NCBI RefSeq assembly: GCF_002113885.1
Contig: NW_018405514.1
Span: forward strand, 212,523 to 276,522
Length of the DNA stretch: 64,000 nucleotides
Origin: Mizuhopecten yessoensis
Taxonomy: Eukaryota
Direction of reading: 5' to 3'
Under the pieces are notes generated by a model, which worked only from the letters and a program-made list of their open reading frames with translations, did no database searches and was not told the origin of the DNA. Made by a program: the position numbers and the translations under genes. Shown here piece by piece: positions 27,701 to 39,200 of this stretch (positions are counted from its first letter, which is position 1; each line of letters starts with the position of its first letter).

Positions 27701-30700
27701 TGTTCCAGGGACAATTGGATTAAAAAATTATCTACAAATGTTTGAATTTTGAACTCTAATAACTTTTTTCTGATATAACAAGGCATTCCATTAGTTTAGA
27801 AAAATGTAGACACGGAAACCATGATATGATATTTAAAATTAACAATATTTTTACCCAATAAATGTACATCTGACCAAATAAAATTTCAACAACACTTTGT
27901 GTTTTAGGCGGCTGAGCGTCTACAGGAAAAACATGCTGTGCGAACAATAGAGAAAAATTGGACAAATTACAAAACTACAAAGAAAAGACAAGACCAAGAA
28001 CAGGCAGTATGTTACAGTTTCTTGCAACTTTGAATATAAGAACATGATATTAAAACTATGAGTAAGGGAACTTTGTGAAACCATTTATGTCCTGGTAAGA
28101 GGCTGAAACCATATATGTCCTGGTAAGAGGCTGAAACCATATATGTCCTGGTAAGAGGGCGAAACCATACATGTCCAGGTAAGAGGGTGAAACTATATAT
28201 GTGCTGGTAAGAAGGTGAAACCGTACATGCCCTGGTAAGAGGGTGAAACCATACCTGCCCTGGTAAGAGGGTGAAACCACACATGCCCTGGTAAGAGGTT
28301 GAAACCATATTTGTCCAGGTTAGAGAGTATGTCCTAATAACCAGAGAAATAGACAAGATTCACAAATTATTGAGTATGTTAAAGATCTTGTAAGATATAT
28401 GGTCCACTACTGTAGATACCCAGACTATCATTGCTATTATTTCAGAATTTTGTATTATGATCCTCCTCTGAGAGGGTCTTAGATAGCCCCCCATAACACC
28501 TTACCAATATAGGACAGATCTATGTAGAACAAATATATTGTGTTTATTTGTGCATGAATTTCACTCTTCTATTGAACCTATATATAGTTTTCATTTTTTT
28601 GTCTTTCTTATAAATATATATAATATATGCACTTGTATTTCTGTTTCTTTTATGTGTGATTGTCAGGAATTTTTCCAGCAAGATTTCGTGTAAAATTTTC
28701 TGAAACAGAAGAAGAATTCTTTGAAAATAAGTTTTTGTGTCAAGCTTTTTACTACATTAGAGATTAGGTGAATTTAGAAATCAAATGGGAATGTTTTCTT
28801 GAAAAATTTAGAAATACCATAATGTGTTCCATTTCATTACACATTGATATCAAGGTCTTAATTTCTACTAATATCTATCAACTCTAAAAGAAGGATACAC
28901 AAAAACAAAATACTAAATGCTTTGTATTGAGACAGGGTTAAAGAGTAATTCCAAAATGGATATATTGTTTGGAAACTTCCAAAATTATACTGGTCGAAGA
29001 TTAATATCTGTAAACCATGGAATTTTCACCTGTTTAATTTTCGCTTTTTTCACCCACCTGAATGAGAGTGATTATGTTCTGACAGTGAATATCAATAGAT
29101 AGGGATTTTACAAGTAAATGGCAAAAGTTTCTTGGTAGACACCATGTCCTTAAAAATGTTCGTCAGACTACCAGATACCTACACATCCTCCAATGTTTTC
29201 ATATCTTCCCAGTAGAATCACATATTTTCAGCTATATCTTCTGAATCTTGCACAGTATAATGTATGTACTATGTTATTATATATTTGAAGTTATAGCTCC
29301 ACCATGCATGAAATATGTTTCTGAACCAGCGCCATGATGCAAATATTCCTATTAATTCTATCGCTTTGATTGTAAATCTTTCTTACCCTTGCACACTTGA
29401 TAATGCACACAGGATAAAATACAGAACTTCCGAGAGGAAAGGGCAGCCAAGAAAATCCAAAAAGAGTGGCTCGTCCACAAAAAGCGCCAGTATGACGATG
29501 AGGTGGAAGACGTAGGTATCCAAGGGATAAACTCACTGTACATGGCAAGATGGTACAATTTCTATCAAGGCAATGGAAAAATGGTAGCTTCTACAAAAGA
29601 TATGTAGAAACAAATTAAATTTAGTCTGAAAAATACCCAGGTAACAAGTTTTCAATGGGAAATTTTAAAAAAATTGACAATGATTTTGATTATCAAATCT
29701 CTGTAGGAAATTAGATCATTTTTGCCAATCATTTTGTTTCCTAGTCACACCTGCACCAGCTCTATGATGATTCATTGTTTTCACACACATTTACTTGATT
29801 TTTTTAACATCATTCAAGGAAATATGTCATTTCACAAATAACAGCACCATTACATGTTATTCTGTGTACAATTATTCTATTCACATCACTCAATGTTCTA
29901 CCTCATTATTAAGCAATTTTATGTAACCACATCTTTCGTGATTGTAGATCAATTTATTTTCATGATAGTGTTTCAGACAAAACTTGGTTAACTGGATGAT
30001 TTCAAAACTCCTAACTCCAAAGCTTCATTGGAAAGTGAATCACTGCAATGTTGTTTACTATATCAGTTATAAAGTAGAGGTAGCTTCTTTTTGTAGCTCT
30101 TTTCACACAATAACTCACTTCGTGGCTGTTTTTAAAAAGCATTTGAAAGAATATTAGAATCAGGAAAGTTATTGTTGTCCATCCAAAAAAAAGTAAAAAG
30201 ATCACTCAATAATGCAGTAGTACAATTAAGTACAATACATTGTATTCTGATGTGGTACAATGTGCTTAGCAGACAATGATTAAAGATGACAATTGTCTAA
30301 TGATATGATGATCTTGTTAACTTTTACTTCTTAAAGGGGCTGGTCGGGGAAAAGATTATAAAATAAATGGGTCTAAATGCGTTCCCTGGCCTTCCAAAAG
30401 TTATACCATGGCAATATGATGGTCGAGTTCTGCTTGCAATGTCCAGTTTTGACCACTGAAATATCGGGGAAGCCCTGCGTAAATTTAGCGCAGATCTATT
30501 TATATATGTCAAGTGGTTGTTTCGAAAGTGAGGCAGTGAAGATAACAACAATAGCACGCCGTCATGTGCCATGTCAGACTCAACTAGCGGACAAGACAGC
30601 AATACTATACGTAAATAATTGTTTTCAAAGGTCATGTATGATGCAAGTGTAGTATTCCTACCTATATGTTGTTGTTATATATAACGGTATTGATACCTCG

Positions 30701-32753
30701 TGCCTGTCATGACTTTTGCATGCATCTTTTTCTTTCGCCGCGATGTTTACATTTGGCCTTGTTGATGACGCGCGTGCGGTAAAATTACATCACTGATCTG
30801 GGTCAATTGAGAGTTTTAGACTGTCAAGGTGACGATTAAGGATTTCTTTAATATAGTTATAATTTTTACTCTTAGGGAGTGAATTTCAGCAAAATTTGTA
30901 TCGGTATATTTCATAAGAAGGTATTTTAAACATGTGTATGCCATTTTAGCAAATATGACATTTTTTCCCCGACCAGCACTTATGTGTGAGAAAAAGGAGA
31001 TAAATTTGCAATGTACCCTTATTTATTCAATATTTTAGAGTTCACTATAAGGTCATCAATGTTCCCCTCTGTTTCTTTTAAATTTATTTTCATAGATGAT
31101 ATATTCAGTATAAAGCAAAATTTTCATGTGAGTAAATTACAAATCTCAAAGTATAGGAATCTGTACCTACAGGCATCATGGTAACCATATCTGTTTTACC
31201 TGTATGACAATCACCTTGGGCTACAAATCTAGAGCTGATACCGGCATCATTTATCAGTTTAAATTTATGAAAATCTCTCCAGGCTACAGAGCTGATACAG
31301 GCATCCATGCGGGGTCACAAAACCAGAAAGGGACGTATGAAAAAGATGCGTGAGCGAGATTATGATGACAGTTACTCGGATGAGAAGGAGTATGATGATG
31401 CTGTAAACCTTATCCAGTCCAGTTTCAAAGGTCATGTTGGCCGCAAGAAGAAGCTTAAGAGGTAAATGTTGGTCATGTTGGTCATATTGTTTTTCATTTT
31501 TGTTGACAATTTGCTTGTCACAAGGGCAAATAAGTTCAAGTGATGCTATGTCTATTTTCGATCATTTAAAAAAAGAAAAAAAACAAGCAAGCATAAACAA
31601 CATGTATATATTATCAGCTGATCCTCAAACTTATTAGAAGAAACATTTTTTTTAGGTTGGATTAATTATAAATAAGTAACGGGTAAATGTTGTTTTCTCT
31701 AGAATGGAGTATGATGATGACACCGGTGATGACTACGAGCAGCTGTATACTAGAAATCCAAGCTCAGCAAGCTACAAAAACCGTCCAGGCTCCTTAGAGA
31801 GAGGTAGACCAGGCTCAGGGGAAAGGATCCGACCAGGCTCAGGGGAAAGGATACGACCAGGCTCTGGGAGTCGGCCTAGCTCAGGTAAGATTCTATTAAA
31901 AAAAAAAAAAATCTCTAGTAGTGATTAAGGCTACCTTTGATATGTACACCATGCTGTTCATGGCTTTTGCCAAATCAGTCAATTCTGCTTTCTGTATTCG
32001 CTGTATAACTTTCCAGTAATTTTTATTTTAAACTTATAAAATTTAGCCAGTATATCTGGAAAAGCTTTATTTAGATTTCTGTCAAGTTAGAAAAACAATC
32101 CACTTCAAACAAAAAGAAATACAGTATAAAGGAATACATGTACTTGTAAATGTTAACATGGCAGGATTACAAAGTTTCCATTCTTATACAGAATTCCTAA
32201 ATATTATGGGAGATGCAAATCTAATACATCTGTAATTAAACGAATGGGTTGGTTCTTAATACACGAAGAAGAATATCTAAGTGTAGGAAGTACATGGTCA
32301 TGTTTTTCATGGATTAATACCTATCTTTTCTGTACACAGCACTGTCAAGAGGAAGTATTTCATCAAAGGTAAGCGAAGAAAAAGCATCTGTCAATGGTAG
32401 AGAATGATATAGTTGTAGGTCTTTTATTCCTAGAATCTGGTTTTATAGTGTGAGAGCTGTGTTCTTTATCAATTTAAGTAATAATCAAGAAGACAGTATT
32501 TTATAACCATCCTTGTAAGTTGACAATTACTATTTAAAATATGTCTGGATGATCTCTGTGCATATTTTTATTTTTATTTTGACAGCGGAGTTTTACTGGT
32601 AGTGTTGGGAGAACAACCACAGCAAGCTATCATCAGAGAATGTCTGACCACGAGGATGACAGACACTACTCCACTGGTAGGACCACTCCCACTGGGAGAC
32701 CGCCATACCAACGAGCATCAGATTATGATGATGATGATGACATTGAATTTTAG
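9743..32753 (+). CDS. IQCE: IQ domain-containing protein E (about 757 aa, 24 coding exons)
   Basis: In-frame exons: 9743-9763, 10596-10652, 11129-11168, 11426-11476, 15979-16068, 16702-16845, 17316-17389, 17660-17737, 18060-18095, 18501-18622, 19744-19866, 20184-20320, 23220-23278, 23429-23510, 23840-23981, 25149-25226, 25589-25739, 26158-26190 (GC donor), 27908-28006, 29413-29511, 31283-31461, 31703-31884, 32340-32368, 32586-32753 (total 2274 nt). The coiled coil GTPAYRTPEEYYEQILELKK...RRTEEDNIKKEKEIDGLLNP...RTLGDKRPD...LKQKILKLE...KLQADLKTTKIDEM matches vertebrate IQCE. IQ motifs LIQASMRGHKTRK and LIQSSFKGHVGRK, acidic C-terminus. The first four short exons and exons 18-19 are less certain. 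Confidence 0.88.
9901..9968 (-). mobile_element. tRNA-derived SINE head (pol III A/B boxes) next to a poly-C run
   Basis: Minus strand reads AGCTCAATTGGTAGAGCG...GGTTTGAATCCCAG. A and B boxes are present but the anticodon arm is non-canonical. Confidence 0.6.
11940..15800. repeat. 49/53-bp minisatellite (about 70 copies) in IQCE intron 4
   Basis: Unit GACCCCTGGTTAGCTACTGTCAAATATAAACATATGGGACAAATAAAGA, with a variant 4 nt longer. Edges are degenerate. Confidence 0.97.
18636..19414 (+). mobile_element. piggyBac-like left-end relic
   Basis: TTAA (18632-18635) is followed by a CCCTT terminus. Two subterminal direct repeats GTGCT..GCA.GGCATATGCCGTT. Acidic DDNKGFEGF peptide at 18969. No matching right TIR found, so the right boundary is uncertain. 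Confidence 0.5.
20811..22838. repeat. 42-bp palindromic minisatellite (about 48 near-identical copies) in IQCE intron 12
   Basis: Unit ATAGTAGATCATACTACATGTAGAAAGATCTACTACCGGTAC. Only the first three copies carry a C>T variant. Source of the spurious 683-aa and 689-aa ORFs. Confidence 0.98.
24429..24860 (-). mobile_element. Highly decayed HINE-like interspersed repeat
   Basis: TTATACCCCC..GGGGAGGTATA hairpin followed by a decayed microsatellite and GGTCA/AAGGTCA-rich internal sequence typical of these elements. Confidence 0.35.
28077..28325. repeat. 28-bp minisatellite (about 9 copies) in IQCE intron 19
   Basis: Unit GAAACCATATATGTCCTGGTAAGAGGGT. Confidence 0.93.
30335..30980. mobile_element. 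MITE with terminal inverted repeats, Kolobok-like
   Basis: Left end TTAA|AGGGGCTGGTCGGGGAAAA, right end TTTTCCCCGACCAGCACT|TA. The TTAA target is intact on the left and degenerate on the right. No coding capacity. Confidence 0.65.
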
Positions 32754-35700
32754 CAAAATTTTCCAGATTAGACATTTTATGATACTTTGACATTCAACAG
32801 TGTCAGGACTCCCGTGGATGTGTCTTTGACAAGAATATGTTATCCGTGTCATGCAAGAGTTTAGAAGGCCTTTAGAGATCTGTAGTGGGGTAATGGTTCT
32901 CTGGATCTCATCTTATCATGATCATCCGTCCTCTCCCAAACTTCTACATATTCCGTTTTCCAGTCTGTGATATTTCCATTTATTGTACTTTTCCTCGATA
33001 TAGTGCAGCAATTTATTTATGTTTATCTAATAATATTGTGTCCAATTTGTTGACACAATGAAGCTACATTAGATAGTTGGATCTATCTTAATTATAAATC
33101 ATGTCTACTTAAAACATATTTGTATATTTCTTCCGACTAAATTATCAATTATTTTTAAGATAAGTGCTTCTATTGACAACCTGCTAATGCTTCAGATGTA
33201 GATAATTTGTCAGACATACCAAACTGAAATCATTGGAATCAATTGTTATGGTATTAACTTTCAGGTTAGTTAAACACATTTTAAAGTCATTGGTTTATCA
33301 CAATTTTTAATGACCTTACATGTATTGAGGTATAATTCTCTCATAACAGCTTGCTTCACCTTTTAAAGTAGCTTTTTTATACAGTATGTAGCATATAAAC
33401 TGAGCATGGCTTACAAACAGCCATGTTACAAACCTCTTCTTATATCCTCTTTTTTGATAGATTTTCAGATTTAATGTTGTTATTCGAAGAATATTCCTAA
33501 TTTGACATATCTTAATAAACATATTAAATCTTACAGACCCATTAATATCTTTAAACTTAATACACTGTACAAGTATAACATTAGTTTATGAAAGAGGCTT
33601 ACTTGCAGTATTTTTGTACTTTATGTTAAGTTTGCATTAGAAGACTTTTAAGTATTGTGTTTAGGGTATAGTGTTTAATAAGGAGCTACATTTTTTTTTT
33701 ACATTTGTTGTTCATAGGATCTGACAGAAAAAATACAGAATTATTGCATTGTATTTACCTTGTTTGTAGAATTAACATGTACAGAATACAGGCGAACATT
33801 TCGGGAGTTTATAGTTTTAGCTGGTCTTGGGCCTCCTAGTGTTTGGTAGGTCTTCCTTAATATACCAGAATTTTAAAAAGTTAACAATGTTTCCAGACAA
33901 AAAGAATGAAAATTGCCTCCCTGCAACTTTATACTGAAATTTGATTGTAACATGTCATTTAATGGTAAATACGAGGGTAATACAGGGATATTATCTAGAA
34001 TGGAAACTGTAGGGTTGTATCATAGCACTGTACACTATTCCTTATGGTATAGATAACTATTACCAGTACAATGCTCCATTCAATCAAACACTTTGCCATT
34101 TATCAGTCACAGAAACAGAAAATTATGTCACTCAATGTTTGGGTTATCTAAAGTATTCTCATCAGTGTTAAGTGAAACAATTTTCCAGTCGACACATGTA
34201 AAGTTGATACTTAGTCACAGATTTTTGGCTGTCTGTCTCAAAAAGATTTTGCAATCACACATTTAGTCGATTATTCTGACTGTATTTGATATTAATCTTT
34301 GCATCCTTTCAATTGTTCAATGTCATGAAATTAAATATGGAATCTTGAACTTGGATAATTTGGTCCATTATATTTTTGTAATACATACATATGATATATG
34401 TACTATGAAACAGAAGCCCAGCAATGTGGTTGGTACAATAATCATTTGCATGACGTTCACTTGTTTAGCAAGCAATTCATCATAAAATTAATATACTTGT
34501 AGTTTTTTATGTATGTATAAACATCCGACGTTTGTCCTACTGGTTTTTGGAGAGTTTCACAAAAAACTCAACTGTCAATCTCATTACATGTTTTCCTTTA
34601 GTACAATGTAGAATAAAATTCATATTAAAGCAGTGTTGACGATTGAACATTCAGTGTGATGTGGTCAGTTTTAATTAATCGAAGTAATTAAAAACAGCAA
34701 TTTTAATTCACAATATTAAAACAGGTTTGACCCATATTATGAATGTTATATGGATTAGAATGATTATAACTTAGAACTTCAATATGTAGCATATAAGGGT
34801 AATGCAAGTCCTACAGTACTGCTTGACTGTTAGATTTTGTACCTTTAAATTTATTTATGACATTTTCTAAACAAAATATTTTCAGAATGTTAAAAGATAA
34901 CTTCTAATAAAAAAAATTGTATATCAACAATTGTTTGTTTTTGTATTGTTGCGCATTGATGAACTTTATTTGTATTTTCTAATTTAAACTGTCATTCCTA
35001 TGGCTTCAGCCAAGGAGGTGGGGATGCCTTACTAGGAGGAGTCCATTACCCCTTCTAAGCCAAACATATCTTTCCGACCCGAAACCTGTGTTTATAGGTA
35101 ATCTTTGTTTTCCTTACTATATGCTTTATTAGAACTTCCAGGTTTAACTGTATCTGTGGTAAACAGAAATTCTTCCAACACCTTACAGCAGATGCAATGT
35201 GATGATGCTTAATCATTAGTTTTCGAGAGCATGCTTCACTTTTCAGCATGTGTGTACCAATTTGTAAGGCTGAGGATGCTGTATCAATCACATGTTGCCA
35301 TGGAGACGGAACAGATCCTGTATGACTAAACATGTAATGTTGGAGGTTTAACTGCCATGTATAATATGCAGTAGATAAATTGTGGATGTAATCTCAGGAG
35401 AAGCTATAAAATGTGAACTACCCTGGGACATGTACTAGCCCTTGTGGCTGATGATAAAACCTATGCTGATCTTGCTTTGGCAATTTTTGTCTGTCAAGAC
35501 AAACCTATGGAAACACATGCTGTATATTTTCTTTGACAAATTGCATTCACCTCTACAGTTTACATCATAGAAAATCACTGAACAATTATGTGAAGATATT
35601 ATACTGATTTCTTTATTCGCAACATAATACAGGTATAGCACATCTGTGCTCTTAACTGTTAACCAGAACTTCCTTTCCGAAATTAATCACAATTAATTTC

Positions 35701-36287
35701 TGTCTCCTTGTTGGTTACAGTTACTTCCCTACAGACAGTCTGCAATAATGACACAAAGAACATGGTACATACATTGGGGTTATAGTTACAGACCTCCTAT
35801 TTATATCTTTTGTAATACTACCAGTCACATCTTAGCATTGATCTTCATTCGGTTTATCCAAGAATTATAACATCCAGATGACACAGCTGCAAATATCTCC
35901 ATCATATTGCAAACAAATTATTTGGGTAATAACAAATTTCAGAAATCAACAACAATGATGAGTGGTCAGCATGTGGAATATCTGTTTATATTTGTAGTGG
36001 AAGCTCATTAATCCAAGCTAAAACAGTCCAGGAATGCCACTGCCTGGACATAATGTGTAGAAATCCCACTGCCTGGACACCCATGTGCAGGAATTGAAAT
36101 GCTTGGGTACTAATGTGTAGAAATTTCACAGCCTGGACACTTATGTAGAACTGATATCCAAACATTTACTCAAAACTATTCAATTGATAGATGAAACCAA
36201 AGCAACCGGACTAACAAGGATCCACTGTCAAAATGTCTCAGATGGAGCCAGTCAGGATAATGCACTTAGTCACTCCGACAGCTGTAG

Positions 36288-39200
36288 TCAGCCAGTCTCG
36301 ACAGATGTTTCCAGCGCAGGTTTTGAGTGTTCATCCTCAGGCTCGCCCTCTGCTGCAAGTCCAAAGGATTTGAGAACTTTATGCTGGCGTGTGTTTCTTA
36401 GCTTTTTCAAGTCCTCAGCATATTGTTGTTCTCGCAACAACTGTTTCCTCTGTTCCTCCAGCTCGCGTTTGTGTTCCTGATATGCTCGGGTTGTCTTAAT
36501 TAGTTCTAATAACTCCCTCCTAAGATTGCGGTTTTCCGTTTTGATTGCATTTGTATGGTCTGTGAGACACTGTATGGCCTCCTGAAATGGAAATCACATA
36601 AGGACTTAAAACAGTATATTTGTACGCAGCATAATGCAATTATGTAGAGACGAACTGTTTTCATTTTCTAAAGTGGTTGTAAGTGGTATTGCCAACTGAA
36701 CTTCTGTATGTTGATATGAGGGTTTAATCCTTTGTAAAAGTATTGAGATTCAGCATTTTTATCTCCTGATTATAAATGGGTTATTAACACGACCAAATCA
36801 TTTGTTAGATAGAACTCTAAACAAGATCATGATCCATTTACAGAACAAAACAGTAGGCTACCGACCAGACAGGTCTGCTTCAAAAGTAATTTAAGTGACT
36901 GAGCAAACGTTAGTTATTAACGTACCTTGTTGGCCTTTTTCTGTAAAGTAGAAATTCTATTTTCTGAATCATTTTGGAATTCCCTTTTGTCTCTGAGGAA
37001 AGTGGATTTGAGTGACTGGATGGTTTCGGAGTGTTTCGTCCTCATCTGCATCACCTCCTTCTCCAGCTCCTTGATCTTGTTGAGTTGTTCTGTTTGTAAG
37101 GTCTGGTGAAGAAATTGCAACAATTGTACAGTCCTGTCTAATGTTTTCCACAGTTCACAATCACATAACCAGCTGACTAATGAAGGATCAATTCATATAT
37201 AATTGTAATTGCTGCAGTTGAAACAATTGCTGTCTCCAAATAAATGACTCATATATATTAATCTTAAACTTATTCTTTAAAACATTATCAACCTGTCTTA
37301 ATCAATGGACAATATAAATTGTCTGTTTAACCTCCAAAAATATCATAACCACTCCCGAAGGACCCGAGTTTGAATTCCTGGTAATTATGTATGTGACCTC
37401 GACCTTTCCTACAGTCTGTTACACTGGCTTAAAAAGCAATCATGTTCCACCACACCTGTTCCAAGGAGAACTGAACATCTGTGTTTAATAAGTGACATCA
37501 ACCTTTGACCTAGTGACCTAGCTCATAGCCCATGCATCCTGGTTTCTGAAGTGTTTGAAGTTTTAGTACTCTAGGTCAAGGAAAACTAAAACTGTTGTTT
37601 GTTGTTCGTGGATAAATCAGTATATGTCTTCCTCTATACAGACTGATAAATTACTCATAGCAGTCAATCTACAAGGCTAACAATGTTAATGTGGTTCATG
37701 TGTATGTATTTTTTTTATTTACTCAATTATTTTTAATAGTAAAAGATGCAGGTAAAGTTCAGTATATGGCGTATGAAATAATAAATTTCCATATGAAATG
37801 TGTGATAGATTACATACATGTTATAAAGACAATAGGCAATTCAATAAAAGCGCCCATACTTGTTGACATATGTACTATATATAGACAATAAAGAACCGGA
37901 CAAGAAACCCAATGCTAGCCAACATAAACATACCTTTAGTGGGGTTAGGTCTCCCAACTCATCTTTCGTCTTTTTTAATGAATTTTGTTTTTCCAGGAGC
38001 AAAATTTCAAGTGCTGTTCAAGAGAAGAAAGAAATGTTCTATAAATTGAAAGTACACAGTAATTTAAAATACAAATAATTGGAAAGAAACTGCATGAACA
38101 ATTTTTATTTTTATTTTCAATTCAGTAACATGTACTAGGTCTTCATTTGATAGTTATCATCTCAAAGAAAACATTCATCTGTCATTTTATTGTGACTATT
38201 CATATTAATACTATGTAAACCTTACTCTGTTTTCTTTCATCAAACTCCCTTTCCATGATTTCCTTTTCCAAAAGGATATTGCGGATTTGCTGTTTGTTGT
38301 GATCACTCAGTGTGATGATGGTTGTCTGTCTCTTGCTTGTCTTCTTCTCCATGTAACTCATGTATTCATGCTGTAATAAGAGACAACCCGTTATTGTATT
38401 CATGCTGTAATAAGAGACAACCCGTTATTGTATTCATGCTGTAATAAGAGACAACCAGTTACATATACACCTCATGTATTCATGCTGTAATAAGAAACAA
38501 CCAGTTATCTATGTAACTCACATATTCATGCTGTAATAAGAGACAACCAGTTATCTATATAACTCATGTATTCATGCTGTAATAAGAAACAACCAGTTAT
38601 CTATGTAACTCATATATTCATGCTGTAATAAGAGACAACCAGTTATCTATATACCTCATGTATTCATGCTGTAATAAGAGACAACCAGTTATTTATATAA
38701 CTCATGTATTCATGCTGTAATAAGAGACAACCAGTTATCTATAAACATCATGTATTCATGCTGTAATAAGAGACAACTTGTTCCTATATCACTCATATAC
38801 AGTTATTTATATACCTCATGTTTTCATGCTGTAATAAGAGACAACCCATTATCTATACACCTCATGTATTCATGCTGTAATAAGAGACAACCAGTTATAT
38901 ATATAACTCATATATTCATGCTGTAATAAAAAAACAGTTATTTATATACCTCATGTATTCATGCTGTATTTAAAGAAACCAGTTATCTATATAACTTGTG
39001 TACTCACGCTGTAATTAGAGACAAACATTTATCTATATAACTCACACATTCATTCTGTAATAAGAGAAAACCCATTAGCTATATAACTCATGTATTCATG
39101 CTGTAATAAGAGGCAACCAGTTATCTATACACTTCATGTATTCATGCTATAATTAAAGAAACCAGTTATCTATACACCTCATGTATTCATACTGTATTTA

